Assembly: GCF_009914755.1 (NCBI RefSeq)
Contig: NC_060929.1
Origin: the human T2T-CHM13v2.0 reference genome, Homo sapiens
Direction: 5' to 3' (one strand)
Length of the DNA: 64,000 nt
The notes under the pieces are model-generated. The model did no database searches and had not been told where the DNA came from. It saw only the letters and a list, made by a program, of their open reading frames with translations. A program made the translations under genes and the position numbers. Shown in pieces: positions 49,890-64,000 of the stretch. Within the stretch, counting starts at the first letter, position 1, and each line of letters begins with the position of its first letter.

Positions 49890-50708
49890 TTATTTTTGGT
49901 TTTGACTCCTCCTCTTTTCCCAATCCATATCTGGAGGTTTCATAGTTTCTCCACTTGAACAGCAAAAGCTACAATATACCATCATATTAAGATTTTCCCT
50001 TCTCCTTCTCCATCCTTTAGCCTTCATATCTATAATATGCCAAACCTCAGTCATGTTAAAACACATCAGAATGCTTATTTTCTTGACATACATACTTCTT
50101 TTCACTATCAGAACTGTTCCTGAGAACATATTATACTCCTTTATTGCTATCTACTCCTCCAATTTTACAGCTTTATGCAGGGATATAATTCCCTCCTCCC
50201 CTTCAGTTTCTGTTCAAAGTTTCATATCAGACTGGCAGATAACCAGGTACACACATTCTCCGAGCCTTCAGCAGATGGGCCTACCACTTTGGGAATCTTA
50301 AGGCACACTGAAGAATTAATGCAATATCCAAAAGTTACTAATACTTAATAATACTAAGTGCATTATTCTCTTATCCTCCCATCTCTTTCAAAGTTCCCAA
50401 CTCAAAGGGAAGAAATAAAAACACCCTAGTAACCCGCAAGTTTCTTCAGTTTCTTTTTTTCCTGCTGCCACTGCCCCTTTAAGCAAGCATCAAGTTTTGT
50501 TTTTCTGTGAATTGGAGTAACAGGATCAAAATTTCTTGATATGCTTTCCTTGTTTCTTCTGACTGGTTCAACTGCCCACAAAAAAAATGAACAGTAGCTG
50601 GAACCCTGCGAATCTGACAAGTTTTTACAGAGTTGGCCTATCCTAGAAGTGTTCTAAAGGAAGAATATCAAGACACATATATATTTCTGTTAAATTCATT
50701 CTCCTGTT

Positions 50709-51010
50709 GGCTGGGCGTGGTGGCTTATGTCTGTAATCCTAGCACTTTGGGAGGCTGAGGCGGGTGGATCACTTGAAGTCGGGAGTTCGAGACCAGCCTG
50801 ACCAACATGGAGAAACATCGTCGCTACTAAAAATACAAAATTAGCCGGGCATGGTGGCGTATGTCTGTAATCCCAGCTACTCGGGAGACAGAGGCAGGAG
50901 AATCGCTTGAACCCAGGAAGCTGAGGTTGTGGTGAGCAGAGATAGCACCCCACTCCAGCCTAGGCGACAAGAGCGAAACTCCATCCCAAAAAAAAAAAAA
51001 AAAAAAAAAA
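50709..51010 (+). mobile_element. AluSp-like SINE
   Basis: GACCAACATGGAGAAAC and CAAGAGCGAAACTCC diagnostics. Confidence 0.9.
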
Positions 51011-51837
51011 TTCATGATCCTCATTAAGGCTCTCTTTCTTTTAGGATTAACAAGACACTCTATACTTAATTAATGAATAGTACTGCTTCTCCAAAAAGTC
51101 AGTATTCTTTTTAGGTAAGCAAAGTCTAATGCACTTCTACCAAGTCAGTTTCCTATTTCTCCAATATTATTATAAATCTCACTCTTCCAGCCACCAAAGA
51201 TTTCATCTTTTTTTATTATGCCCTGCCTCCTCAAATATGTTACATCTTGGTTTCTATAGATTTTCCATATCCTGTCCTATTTATCCTCCAATAACTAGAG
51301 CACCAGAGATGTCTCTTAAACCCTTTCATCTCTAGCATGAAAACCAGCTTCCTTCCTGCAACGTTCTTCAGCTGGCTGCCTTCTACTATAACCCTGCCGA
51401 GGTTGGAAGCTTGCTCTCTCCTGAACCTGGTCATTCCACTGTTAGGAACACTATATAGACCACCTGAAGAGGCCCTACTAATAAACAAGTTTCCTGGTCA
51501 GTCTCTCCTAGAGACAGAAGCTAAACAATCACACAAAGGGAACTAGCTTTTCCTCTATCAAATAAGAAAATCAGAAGCTAACTTGGATAAAGGTAGCCAA
51601 AGCTCAACTAACCCATAGGTATTCATTCTTCCTCACCCAATCTCAGATACTTATAGAATCACATAAAAATGGAGGAAGCCCAACCCGAATGCTGGCTTCA
51701 TTGTAAGAATGAAATTCTAGGGTTTAATATAACCTGATTATTTTTAAATGGGGAAGAGCTCAAAAACTATCACTGTTTACAGGAAACACCGTGAAATGGC
51801 CTCAAAAGAAACACTCAAAATTAGAGGATCTTGTTAC

Positions 51838-51923
51838 CTGCTTAAGCCCCTCTCTTGAAGGAACAGATGTTTTCACAATATCATCAATAGCCCACCACTG
51901 ATCAGCAAGGTAAAGTGCCACAG
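51838..51923 (-). CDS. FAM169A: FAM169A coding exon 3 (A|VALYLADQWWAIDDIVKTSVPSREGLKQ)
   Basis: 86 nt; ttttag acceptor, CAG|gtaaca donor; phase 1 to 0. Confidence 0.96.
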
Positions 51924-52098
51924 CTAAAATAGAATAAATAATCATTAACACTTGAGTTTTAAAGTACACTTTTAGACTTAATAAGGCCATATTGTACTAT
52001 AAAGTATCCATATACTTTATATTTAAGAGTATCTATATAAACCTTACCAAATAGTAATATTGTACTTTGTAGCCTCATTTATACCATTTTTATTTCAC

Positions 52099-52773
<675 letters not shown>

Positions 52774-52945
52774 TTCATCCATCAAACATGTAGCTATAAG
52801 CAATTAAGAATTACATTTTAATAAAATTACAATTTGAAACACTTTAAAAAAAAAACCAAATTCCTTCATGTAGCTACCTTTTAAATAAATTTCTAACAGT
52901 TTGGAGAAAAATTCCTTAATTTATAAAAATTAAGCAAAAAGAGAC

Positions 52946-53045
52946 CTGTCAGTGAATCTTCAGGTGCAAAGAGAGCAAGAATTTTCTGGGTCTGATCTCC
53001 ACCATAAAGAGGTACAAAGCCTACATTTGACAGGCTAATAGGAAT
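52946..53045 (-). CDS. FAM169A: FAM169A coding exon 2 (IPISLSNVGFVPLYGGDQTQKILALFAPEDSLT|A)
   Basis: 100 nt; tttcag acceptor, CAG|gtctct donor; phase 0 to 1; not in the ORF track. Confidence 0.95.
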
Positions 53046-53419
53046 CTGAAATGACAAATTAATAAAGATTAGTGAACAGTCTGTTAAGAAAATACATTAA
53101 AAAAATCAATCTTTTATCAAAGTAGTAAATATTTCCTACGTTAATTTTAATTTATTTTATAGGAGACATTATTTCTAGTCTCTAAAAAAAGAGTAAATCA
53201 GATAGACTTCCCTTTTGGAATAATTTTATTGTCTTAGGGAAAATACGAAAAGTTGTTTCATAAATATTATTATGTATCTAGCCACACATCTGAATAAAAA
53301 CCAAAGCTATAATATGGCCCATAAAGTCATTTAAAAAACAACTATAATTTATCATCTGTTATTTAGCCTACTTGAGGAAGATATTCCATTATCTAGTTAA
53401 AAAAAAAAAAAAAAAAGCA

Positions 53420-53772
<353 letters not shown>

Positions 53773-54417
53773 TTAACATTTTTTTGCCTTCATTTAATCC
53801 AACACTTATTCCCTATTTAGAGATAACATTACAATTCAGAGAATTATAAAAATATTGGTGCTGGGGAAGACTTTAAAAAATTCTTTAAGTCACCTCCAGA
53901 AGAAAAATCTAAGGCCTAGAGAGGTTAAGGAATTTGTCCACCACAGTTCACAGTGAAACCCTAATGGTTCCAAGTCTAATGATCTATCACAAAATATTAT
54001 AATTTACTGACTAGAAAATTTGATTTTACTTTTTTAGAAAAAGGAAGAAAAGATTCATGGCACAAAAAATATGTAATTTAGTGTTTTGCTGATTTTTTAA
54101 TTAAAAAATTTTCTAAACTCACAAATTCCAAATCTAAAGTAAATCTGAAGCAGCTCAAATATAGTAAACAGTCTTAGCAAAACTGGTGGTATTCTCACAT
54201 ATAATTTTAAAGCCATAAAGTCAAATAGCAATAACCTGTGGAGTTTCTCTTTTTAAAAACTGATCAACCAATATTTATCCATTTTACTGAATAGATTTCT
54301 GTAAAGATTTCAAAAATTAATGATTAACACTTAAAATGATTTTTTTAAAAAAGGATATTTATTTCATGTATAAACTGAACTGAAAAGATTGATGACAATC
54401 ACTGCAGAACACCTTAC

Positions 54418-54549
54418 CGTAATATTGAGAAGAGAAAAACACTCTGGATTTTCAGGGTCCCCACACCTTAAATCTGACATGTAATCTTCAGCAGAATTTT
54501 CCAATTCCTCATGGCTGCAATTTTCCAGCATATCCACAGGGAATGCCAT
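54418..54549 (-). CDS. FAM169A: FAM169A first coding exon (MAFPVDMLENCSHEELENSAEDYMSDLRCGDPENPECFSLLNIT)
   Basis: ATG at 54549-54547 in strong context (AGGATGG); acceptor just upstream (exon start probably 54552); ACG|gtaagg donor; matches the remembered FAM169A N-terminus. Confidence 0.96.
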
Positions 54550-55014
54550 CCTCTTTAACAAACAACATGGAACAAACAATTCAGAATATGAAACGCCATC
54601 TTCCTTTACTCACAGAAAATAAATTTTACTACAATGTTGCCATATTTTGTTATAACAAGATTTTTCTGTTTCACTTTGCCCGCAGAATACAACTTGAACC
54701 TGCTGATTTAACCATGCATGTCAAAAAGAAAACTTTCAAACATTATTCATTTGTATTAAAAACAGGCAATGAAATAAATTAACAGATACGTCCTTACATA
54801 ATAAATATGGTCACATAGGCATAAGACATATTTATATGTACATACACACAAAAATACACATATAAATATACTCTCATAAACCACTCAACATAAAAGTCAC
54901 TGTAAAAGGACACGAGAACTTGTTGGAATAATGAAAATGTTCTACAATTGGATTGTGATGATAGCTGCACAACCCTATAAATTTCAAAAAAAAAAAAATC
55001 TAAAAAAAATCACT

Positions 55015-55328
<314 letters not shown>

Positions 55329-55397
55329 CTGAATTGTACGGTTTGCAATAGATGAATATTATGGTATATTATAAATTATAATTCTCATATATATAGC

Positions 55398-55566
55398 TTT
55401 TTTCTTTTTTTTTTTTTTGAGATAGAGTTTTGCTCTGTCACCCAGGCTTAAGTGCATTGGTGCAATCATTGTTCTATGTAACCTTGAACTCTTGGGCTCA
55501 AGCAATTCTTCTGCCTTGACCTCCCAAAGTGCTGGGATTACAGACACTAAGCCACTGTGCCAGGAC
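55398..55566 (-). mobile_element. Alu monomer/hybrid fragment
   Basis: T-tract plus reverse Alu consensus. Confidence 0.85.
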
Positions 55567-55609
55567 TATCTTGCTGGGTTTTTTGTTGTTGTTATTTGTT
55601 TTTTAAGCA

Positions 55610-56460
55610 AGATTTTAATGGGGAAACACTAAAGGTTTTAACACTAAAGATTAGAAAAACAAGGACTCCACTACTATATAACATTATGTAGGCAATGATC
55701 AATCCAATTAGACAAGAGAAAGCAATTAGAGGCATAATAACTGGGGTGGGAGTAGGGTAGAAGCGAAGCTATTGCTATATCTATTATTTGCAAATAATAT
55801 ACTTAACTGAAAAATTCAAAAGAATCCATGAAAAAACTATTCCAAGCAACAAGAAAATTTAGTAAAATAGGACATAAAATTAGCATACATAAAGACACCA
55901 GTCTTCATACATACAACGTAACAGTAAGAAGAAATAAGGGGGGCGGGGGCAGCAAAGTAAAAATAGAAAAAGAAAGTATAAATAGAGATGAAGACCTCAT
56001 TTACAACAGCAAAAATCAAAATAGGCTTAAATTCAACAACAGAAACAGTACAAAATCTATATAAGGAAAACTACAAAACATTCCTGAAAGTGAACAAGAC
56101 AAAAGAGAAACCATGTTCTTGGAAAGAAAGCTTCAGCATCATAAAGGTACTGGATCTCCCTAAGATAATCTATTAATTTAATGCAATCCTAATGAAATAC
56201 CTTTAAGGTTTTATTTTTTCCTGAGGCAAGAAAAGTTGATTATAAAATTAATTTGAAAGAACAGACAAGCAAAAATAGCTAGAAGAATGCACCCTGTCGG
56301 AGATTAAAACATCTTATAAAACTTCTATAATTAAAACAATGTGATACAGGCATGTGAATCAACAAATGGAACAAGATATAGAAATACACATACCTATGGA
56401 AATTGAGTATGTAATAATGGAGACATCTCATTTGGCGGGGAAAAGACTTTTTTAATAGGT
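55610..56460 (+). mobile_element. Old L1ME ORF2 fragment
   Basis: QNLYKENYKTFLK...PCSW residual peptide. Confidence 0.7.
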
Positions 56461-57048
56461 GGTATTATTTCATTGGTCTATCTTATTTTTAAATGAGACA
56501 TTAATTTTGCTCATTTTGAACTTCTTATATTTGAAATCATTCAGTATGCTCTTTACTGTGTTAACTCTCTTCACTCAACACTACTTCTGTGAGAAACATG
56601 AACACTGTTGCATCTATCAGTTAATTTACCCATTATACTGCTGATGAACGTTTGGCTATTTCCAATATTTGGCAATTATGAATAAAGCTGCTATAAGCAC
56701 TCCTGCATGAGCTTTCTGGTAGACTTACGTGGTCATGGTTGTTAGGTCTATATACCCAGGCTAACCAATGTTACTGAAAGTGAGACAACCCTACTGCATC
56801 CTGATGTGATTCAACAAGAAAATCAGACCTAAATCTAACCAAGCCATTAGAGAAATATGTTAAATGATGCCTTAAGTATGCAGTCAACCAAGTTTAGAAT
56901 AACTCAGTTTCTTCCAAATATATGACATGGAGTTTATAGAAAAAAAGTAAGATGGAAAGAAAATATAAATTAAAAGTAACTTAAGAGACATGTCAATGCA
57001 CTGCAGAGAGTATCCGGATTTATTTACTCTTGAAAATTTCCATGACAA

Positions 57049-58475
<1,427 letters not shown>

Positions 58476-59997
58476 TCAAATTGATTTTTAAAAATCAAAA
58501 CTTAAAAACAGAAAGCACAAATTCATTTCAACTGTTAGTAAATGTAAATGTCTAAATTAAAGAGAAGGTAAGAAAAACTTGTGAAATGATTTGGGAGTAA
58601 TACCACAAGATTTGCAGCCAACTTTTCAAAAGCCTATGAATTTCAAGAGAGATCAACCAGGAGCTTATGCAAGTAAGATGTTATAGGTAGAAAAGGATCA
58701 CAAAATAAAACAGTAGCTCTATTGTGAAGGAAGCTTCTTTGTTAGCTTGGGCAAATCTTTGTATTTCTATCAAATTCTATATGTAAAAGCAAACTAAGGA
58801 AATATAACATTATGTTCTATAGTCAGATCTAACAATTCCAATGAAGATTAAAATTGTAGATGAAATTATAAACACGAAACAAATGGTCAATAGTGGATAG
58901 AAGTAGTATGACTAGGAAAACAGAACGTAATAACTGTTTTTCTTCTCTTATGGACAAGACTCCTAATATCAAATATCCAAATTGTATCAAAGACTCATAC
59001 ATACAAGTAAAGCACTAAGACATTTATTATACCATATCATTGGCTAGATGAGGCTCAAGGATTAATGTCATAGTATTCTCCTTAAATCAATTCAAAAGAT
59101 TCACTTGAATATTAGCTACCAAAACAAAGTATGGATGAAACACATTTAAATTTTCATTTACTAAGAGCAATTGTAATCTAAAGAATGAAATGCAAATTTG
59201 TATTTGAAGACTGCTGCCAGAAACTTTGTCTATAAAAGCATAATCACAACCACATAAAAATAATATGGCAGCATAAAGAATACAAAATGGACATAAGAGT
59301 TTGATAGAACAGCAAGTTCAAGTTCACAAGTGATTTCTTTTTCACTTACTGTTACTATGATACTATGGTTCTTAGAAGATTTTAAATGCTAATTTCATAT
59401 TTAAAATTCTAAATACGCACGTTATTTTAGATTGATCACTGAAAAGGAGAAAATTCTATTAAATAAGCAATAGGTCATCTAAATAAAGAATCCAAAGTCA
59501 TAACACAGAATCACAGAACTTTAGGGTAGCAAACAGTCTTAGAAGTCTTGGCCTCAGCCTCCCAAGTAGCTAAGACCACAAGTACACACTATCGCACCCA
59601 GCTAGTCTGTATTTTTTATAGAGATGAGGTCTCCCCAGGTTGCCCAGGCTGGTCTCAAACTCCTGGGTTCAAGCAATCCTTCCGCCTCAGCCTCCAGTGT
59701 GATTATGTGATTACAGGTGTTAGCCACTGTGCGTGGTCCTAAGAGGCTTTAGATAAGAGTGGTATACAGGCCCACCCTACTACGTCATGGCAGGGGTGAG
59801 ACTGGAACACAGGACAGGTGTCCCTAAGTCCACTGATCTTTCCTCTATCCCAGTGTTGTCCAAACCTCAGTAATTTGCATACCACCATCAACATTTTTCT
59901 GAGTGTCAAGTGCCGGTATCACTATATAATATTTTTCTCAATTCACTTAAAATAACAAAAAACCAAAACGCATTCTTCTCATCCCATCCCTGCTCCC

Positions 59998-60340
59998 CTT
60001 TTATAATTGTGGTAAAATATACATAACAAAATTTACCATTTTAACCATTTTTAAGTATACAGTTCCGTATACTCACAATGTTGTGCAACCAGCACCACTA
60101 TCCATTTCCAGAACTTTTTCATCACCCCAAACATGGTCTGTACCCATTAAACATTAACTGTCCATTCCTTCCCCCCACCACCCCCTGGTAACCTCTATTT
60201 TACTTCCTGTCTACGAATTGGACTATTCTAGGAACATTTTAAGTGAAATTATAGAATAACTGTCCTTTTGTGTCACGTTTATGTCACTGTACATAATGGT
60301 CACAAAGTTCATCCACGTTGTAGCATGTATCAGAATCTCA
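59998..60340 (-). mobile_element. L1MB 3' end
   Basis: TTGTGGTAAAATATACATAAC...TTGTGCAACCAGCACCACTATCC. Confidence 0.85.
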
Positions 60341-61089
60341 ACTCATTTTTTTAGAAACATTTTATTAACCCTAAACTATTAAGACTTGCATGTGGGTACA
60401 ACAATAAAGGGAAAAATATTAAGACCTATGAAACCACCAATTTGATATATTAGATTATACATTTTCCTAATCAGCATTAAATTTCCTATAATTTAAATGT
60501 TCACCTGAATATAATCTAAAAATATCTACCAAATCGCCAGTAGTATGTCAGCACATTAGAAAACACAGCACTATACAAAAACACACTACTACAGATCAAA
60601 GGCAAGTAGAATATCACTAAAGTGTGAAAACAGAAATTAGTGATTCTTCATTCTCTTTTTCAAGTAAGGTTTTTTAACAGAAAAAATGACTTCTCGGCTT
60701 ATTTTTATTACTGTCAAAGATTTTTTTCATATACAAAATGTTACTTAAATACAAAACAACCCTGTGTCCCAGAGTCTGACAATTTAGATAACCTCAAATT
60801 TGCATACAGAAGAGCACCAGGGGAGAAACCCCTTAGTTAAATGTTGTGATTTCTGAACACGGTTTAAAAACAACTGTATCCATCATAGCTTTTAATATGA
60901 AAAAAACTGGAAAATACTTCCCTAATTCCAAAGGCCCAGACACACACACACCTATACCTCTCTTCTAAAATATTTTTATGTTTGCAAATCTGTTCTGAAA
61001 TCCATTACTTTTGTTTCCAGTCATTCTCAGTGCTAAATTTTATTCGAATTTAAAGGAAGATGAAAGAATTAGAAATTATTATTATAAAT

Positions 61090-61590
61090 CAGTAACAGCA
61101 GCAGGTAACATTTATTGAGAAATATCCCTTTATCAGGCTTTAGAGAGACTGTCACATTTACTATATAACAAGGAACTCCTATCTGCCCCATTTGATAGAT
61201 GAAGAAACAGTTTTGGAGTTCAAGAGACTTGACTAACATCATACCACTAGTGAGACTAGAGAAATATGAACCTAGGCAATCAGATATACTTTTAAATATA
61301 ATTATTTTTATTAAATATGCAAAATCAAATATAGTATTTGTCATGGTTACATAACATTTTCTTTTGTAAAATATAACGATTATATTATTAAATATTCTAT
61401 TCACATATTACACGAGAAAGAGCACTAGAAATGGAATTCTGTGACCTTGGCTCTGGGGTCAGCTCTGCCGCTAACTAGCTTTATGACCATAGGCAAGTTA
61501 CTTACCCTCTTTAGGCTTCTGTACTCTCATTGGTAACGTGATGCAACTGGACAGGATAATCCTAAAGACCTTTTCACCTCTAAATGCTTG
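61090..61590. mobile_element. Two MIR fragments (a third at ~62930-63150)
   Basis: CCCCATTTGATAGATGAAGAAAC; GACCATAGGCAAGTTACTTACCCTCT. Confidence 0.65.
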
Positions 61591-63784
61591 GAATTGTTTT
61601 TTTTGTTTGTTTTTGAGTCTTGGTTAATTTAAGACTATGTAAATTGCAAGCCTAACAGTGGTTCTGCTACTATAGTTTAGAGAGGCAGCGGAAGGGTGGT
61701 AAAGTTCCAGAGAGAAATATAGGTTGCTATGATAAATCCCTTGCTTCTCTCTCTTTTTTGTTGTTTTTAAGCTTCTGTTCTATGTTATGTAACTGTAAAG
61801 CTGTCAGATCAAATTCTGTCAAGTACTTTATGCTCTGTCCATGAGATAAACCAAAAGGCCTAACTAGATTCTACATGAATGAGAAAGCTTAATGTAGCCT
61901 TAAGTGAACTCATCAAAAAACTGACACAGAATGGACAGCGAAGTGTAAAAAGTGTCCAAACTAATTTACAAATTAAGCGAATGGTATGCTCATTAATCCA
62001 GGGTAAGCTGTATAAAAACATAATACCAAGACCTCTTATATAAGAGATCTAAGATCATGAGCATCTGCTATATTGTATCTACCTTTTAATAATTCCTTTT
62101 TCCCAAAAAAATTATGTATTTGACAGAATGGATAACCTTAAGAAAAGCATGAAAAGAGTTAGAAAACAAATTTATATTATTGTGATTTTTTCCCTATTTA
62201 TTGTTGATTACTGGATGCCAACTATATTCTGAAAAGATGGGAACATATTCTACATGTTCAGCTCGTAAGTTATTTCATGATTCTTACAGGTTACTGCTAT
62301 TATTTGGGGGCTTTGTGGAGAGAGGCAGACCCAAAAAGAAGTATGTACACTATAGAGCTGAAAGAATTCTCAGGGAAAAAAATAATTATCTCAACCAATC
62401 CAATTCATGATCCTAACTCTCACAATGGTCTCTCCAACACCGAGAATAGGTTAGGTATCCAGGCAACATAATCAGCAATGCTCTCAACCTTATTTCTGAA
62501 CCTTATTATGATTCCTCTCTTGATCCCTCCCTTTTCTGTTTTCTAACATCATTTCCTTCCCTAATTAACCTGGGCCCTGTACTACATCAGCTCAACTAAT
62601 CCCTTTACCTTACTTTTTCTTCCATCGCTCCTGCCCTACACAAGGTCCTAAACGCTAGATTCCTCTAACCACTCATCTTTTTCTACTATGAGAGCCGAGT
62701 TTTTGAATATGACAAAATAACTGCTACAACTATCAAAATCTCAGATGGGCCTCAACACTGTTCAGCAATCCTTTTCTGTTTTCTGGGAAAGTAAAAACAT
62801 TTAATTATGTATGGGTTAGGACGGCCTATAAATTAGGTAATAGAGCAGGAAGTTGAATGGGATTCATATCTGTTGGCTCTCCTTATTTCAAGCAGGAAGC
62901 AAAACCATCTTTTGAAGTTATAACCACTAATCCGATAGTGGACTATGTGCCAGGTTCTATTCCGAACACTTCACGTGTATCACCTGATGTAACTTTTATC
63001 TAAAACCCATGAGGTGGGTGTTTTAATTCTCTTCACTTGGCCGAAAAGGAAACAAAGACACAAAGTGGCTGAGTAACTTGTTCAAGGCCACACTACTAGT
63101 AAGCAGCAGAGCTAGTATTTGAACCCGGCAGTCCGACTCCGATGTCTGTTTTTTTCCATCACATTGGTATGTCTGAAAGCACAGCATCTCAGGCAGCCCT
63201 AATACGGTTAAAGATTGCTTAATATATGTCAGGGGAAGTGTTCCAAGTATTCTTTCCAACTCAAGGTTTAATTCTCTCTTCATGTACAGGAAAATACTCC
63301 TAGATAAGAAATCATTTAAGCATGAAGATACTGCGTATTTGGTATGTTTTAGGCCTTCAAAAGCAAAATCCAGCTATATTGCAAAGGATTTTGAGAGTGT
63401 GTGAAAGCTGGTATAAAATACTGGTTAAGGGAGTGTATTCTTGAGCCAAACTAACAGGATTACTAGCTATGTAACCATGGGCAAATTACCTGAACATACA
63501 GAACACATAGAGGAAAATTCCTTCTGGTTGAGAAAGGAATAAACTGCTGCAACTAATAACTAGAAATCAATCAAAACTTTTGCATCTAAAAAGAAAAAAC
63601 TCAGAGGCAAATTATAACCAGTATGACTTATACAATCTAATACCTTAATACAGATGAATAATGCAGTGTTTTTTTTAAAAGCTAAGATGCAAATAAATAA
63701 GCAAAGGTCATGAATAGAAAATTCATAAAACAGGAAAAACAAACCACTTCTTTTTTTGAAAAAATGCCTACTTGCATTAGTTTT

Positions 63785-63960
63785 TTGCTTTGTTTTTGTT
63801 TGTTGTTAGAGACAGAATCTCACTCTGTCACCCAGGCTGGAGTGCAGTGGCACGAACATAGCTCACTATAGCCTCAAACTTCTGGGCTCAACAATCCTCG
63901 TACATCAGCCTCCTGAATGGCTAATACAGGCACATGCCACCACACCCAGCTAAGTTTTTT
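63785..63960 (-). mobile_element. AluJ right arm
   Basis: Reverse Alu consensus. Confidence 0.85.
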
Positions 63961-64000
63961 AAAAGATTAATATGTCTGTACAGCAAAGTCTGGAAGGATA

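Overview
Primate (most likely human) genomic DNA, repeat-rich and with no CpG island. The minus strand carries 10 consecutive coding exons of FAM169A (soluble lamin-associated protein SLAP75). They run from the ATG exon at 54549 down to 8913, total 1260 nt (codons 1-420), and all splice sites are GT-AG with matching phases. The promoter/exon 1 lies beyond 64000 and the C-terminal exons lie before position 1. The introns hold the 3' ~5.5 kb of a defective HERV-L provirus (gag-pro-pol-dUTPase plus MLT2A1-like LTR) nested in an L1PB, a full-length ARPC1A processed pseudogene with TSDs, MER41A and THE1D-like solo LTRs, Tigger/hAT DNA transposons, L1/L2/MIR fragments and about 35 Alus. Best leads: (1) the FAM169A N-terminal domain resembles an ATAT1/GNAT acetyltransferase fold with an altered CoA-binding loop; (2) inverted Alus bracket exactly the exons encoding that domain, so a circRNA could encode it alone; (3) one exon regenerates a 5' splice site; (4) an antisense MLT2A1 LTR-to-retrocopy unit is possible; (5) several reconstructable retro-rearrangements. 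Family assignments come from remembered consensus/protein sequences, not from searches; repeat boundaries are approximate unless a TSD is given.
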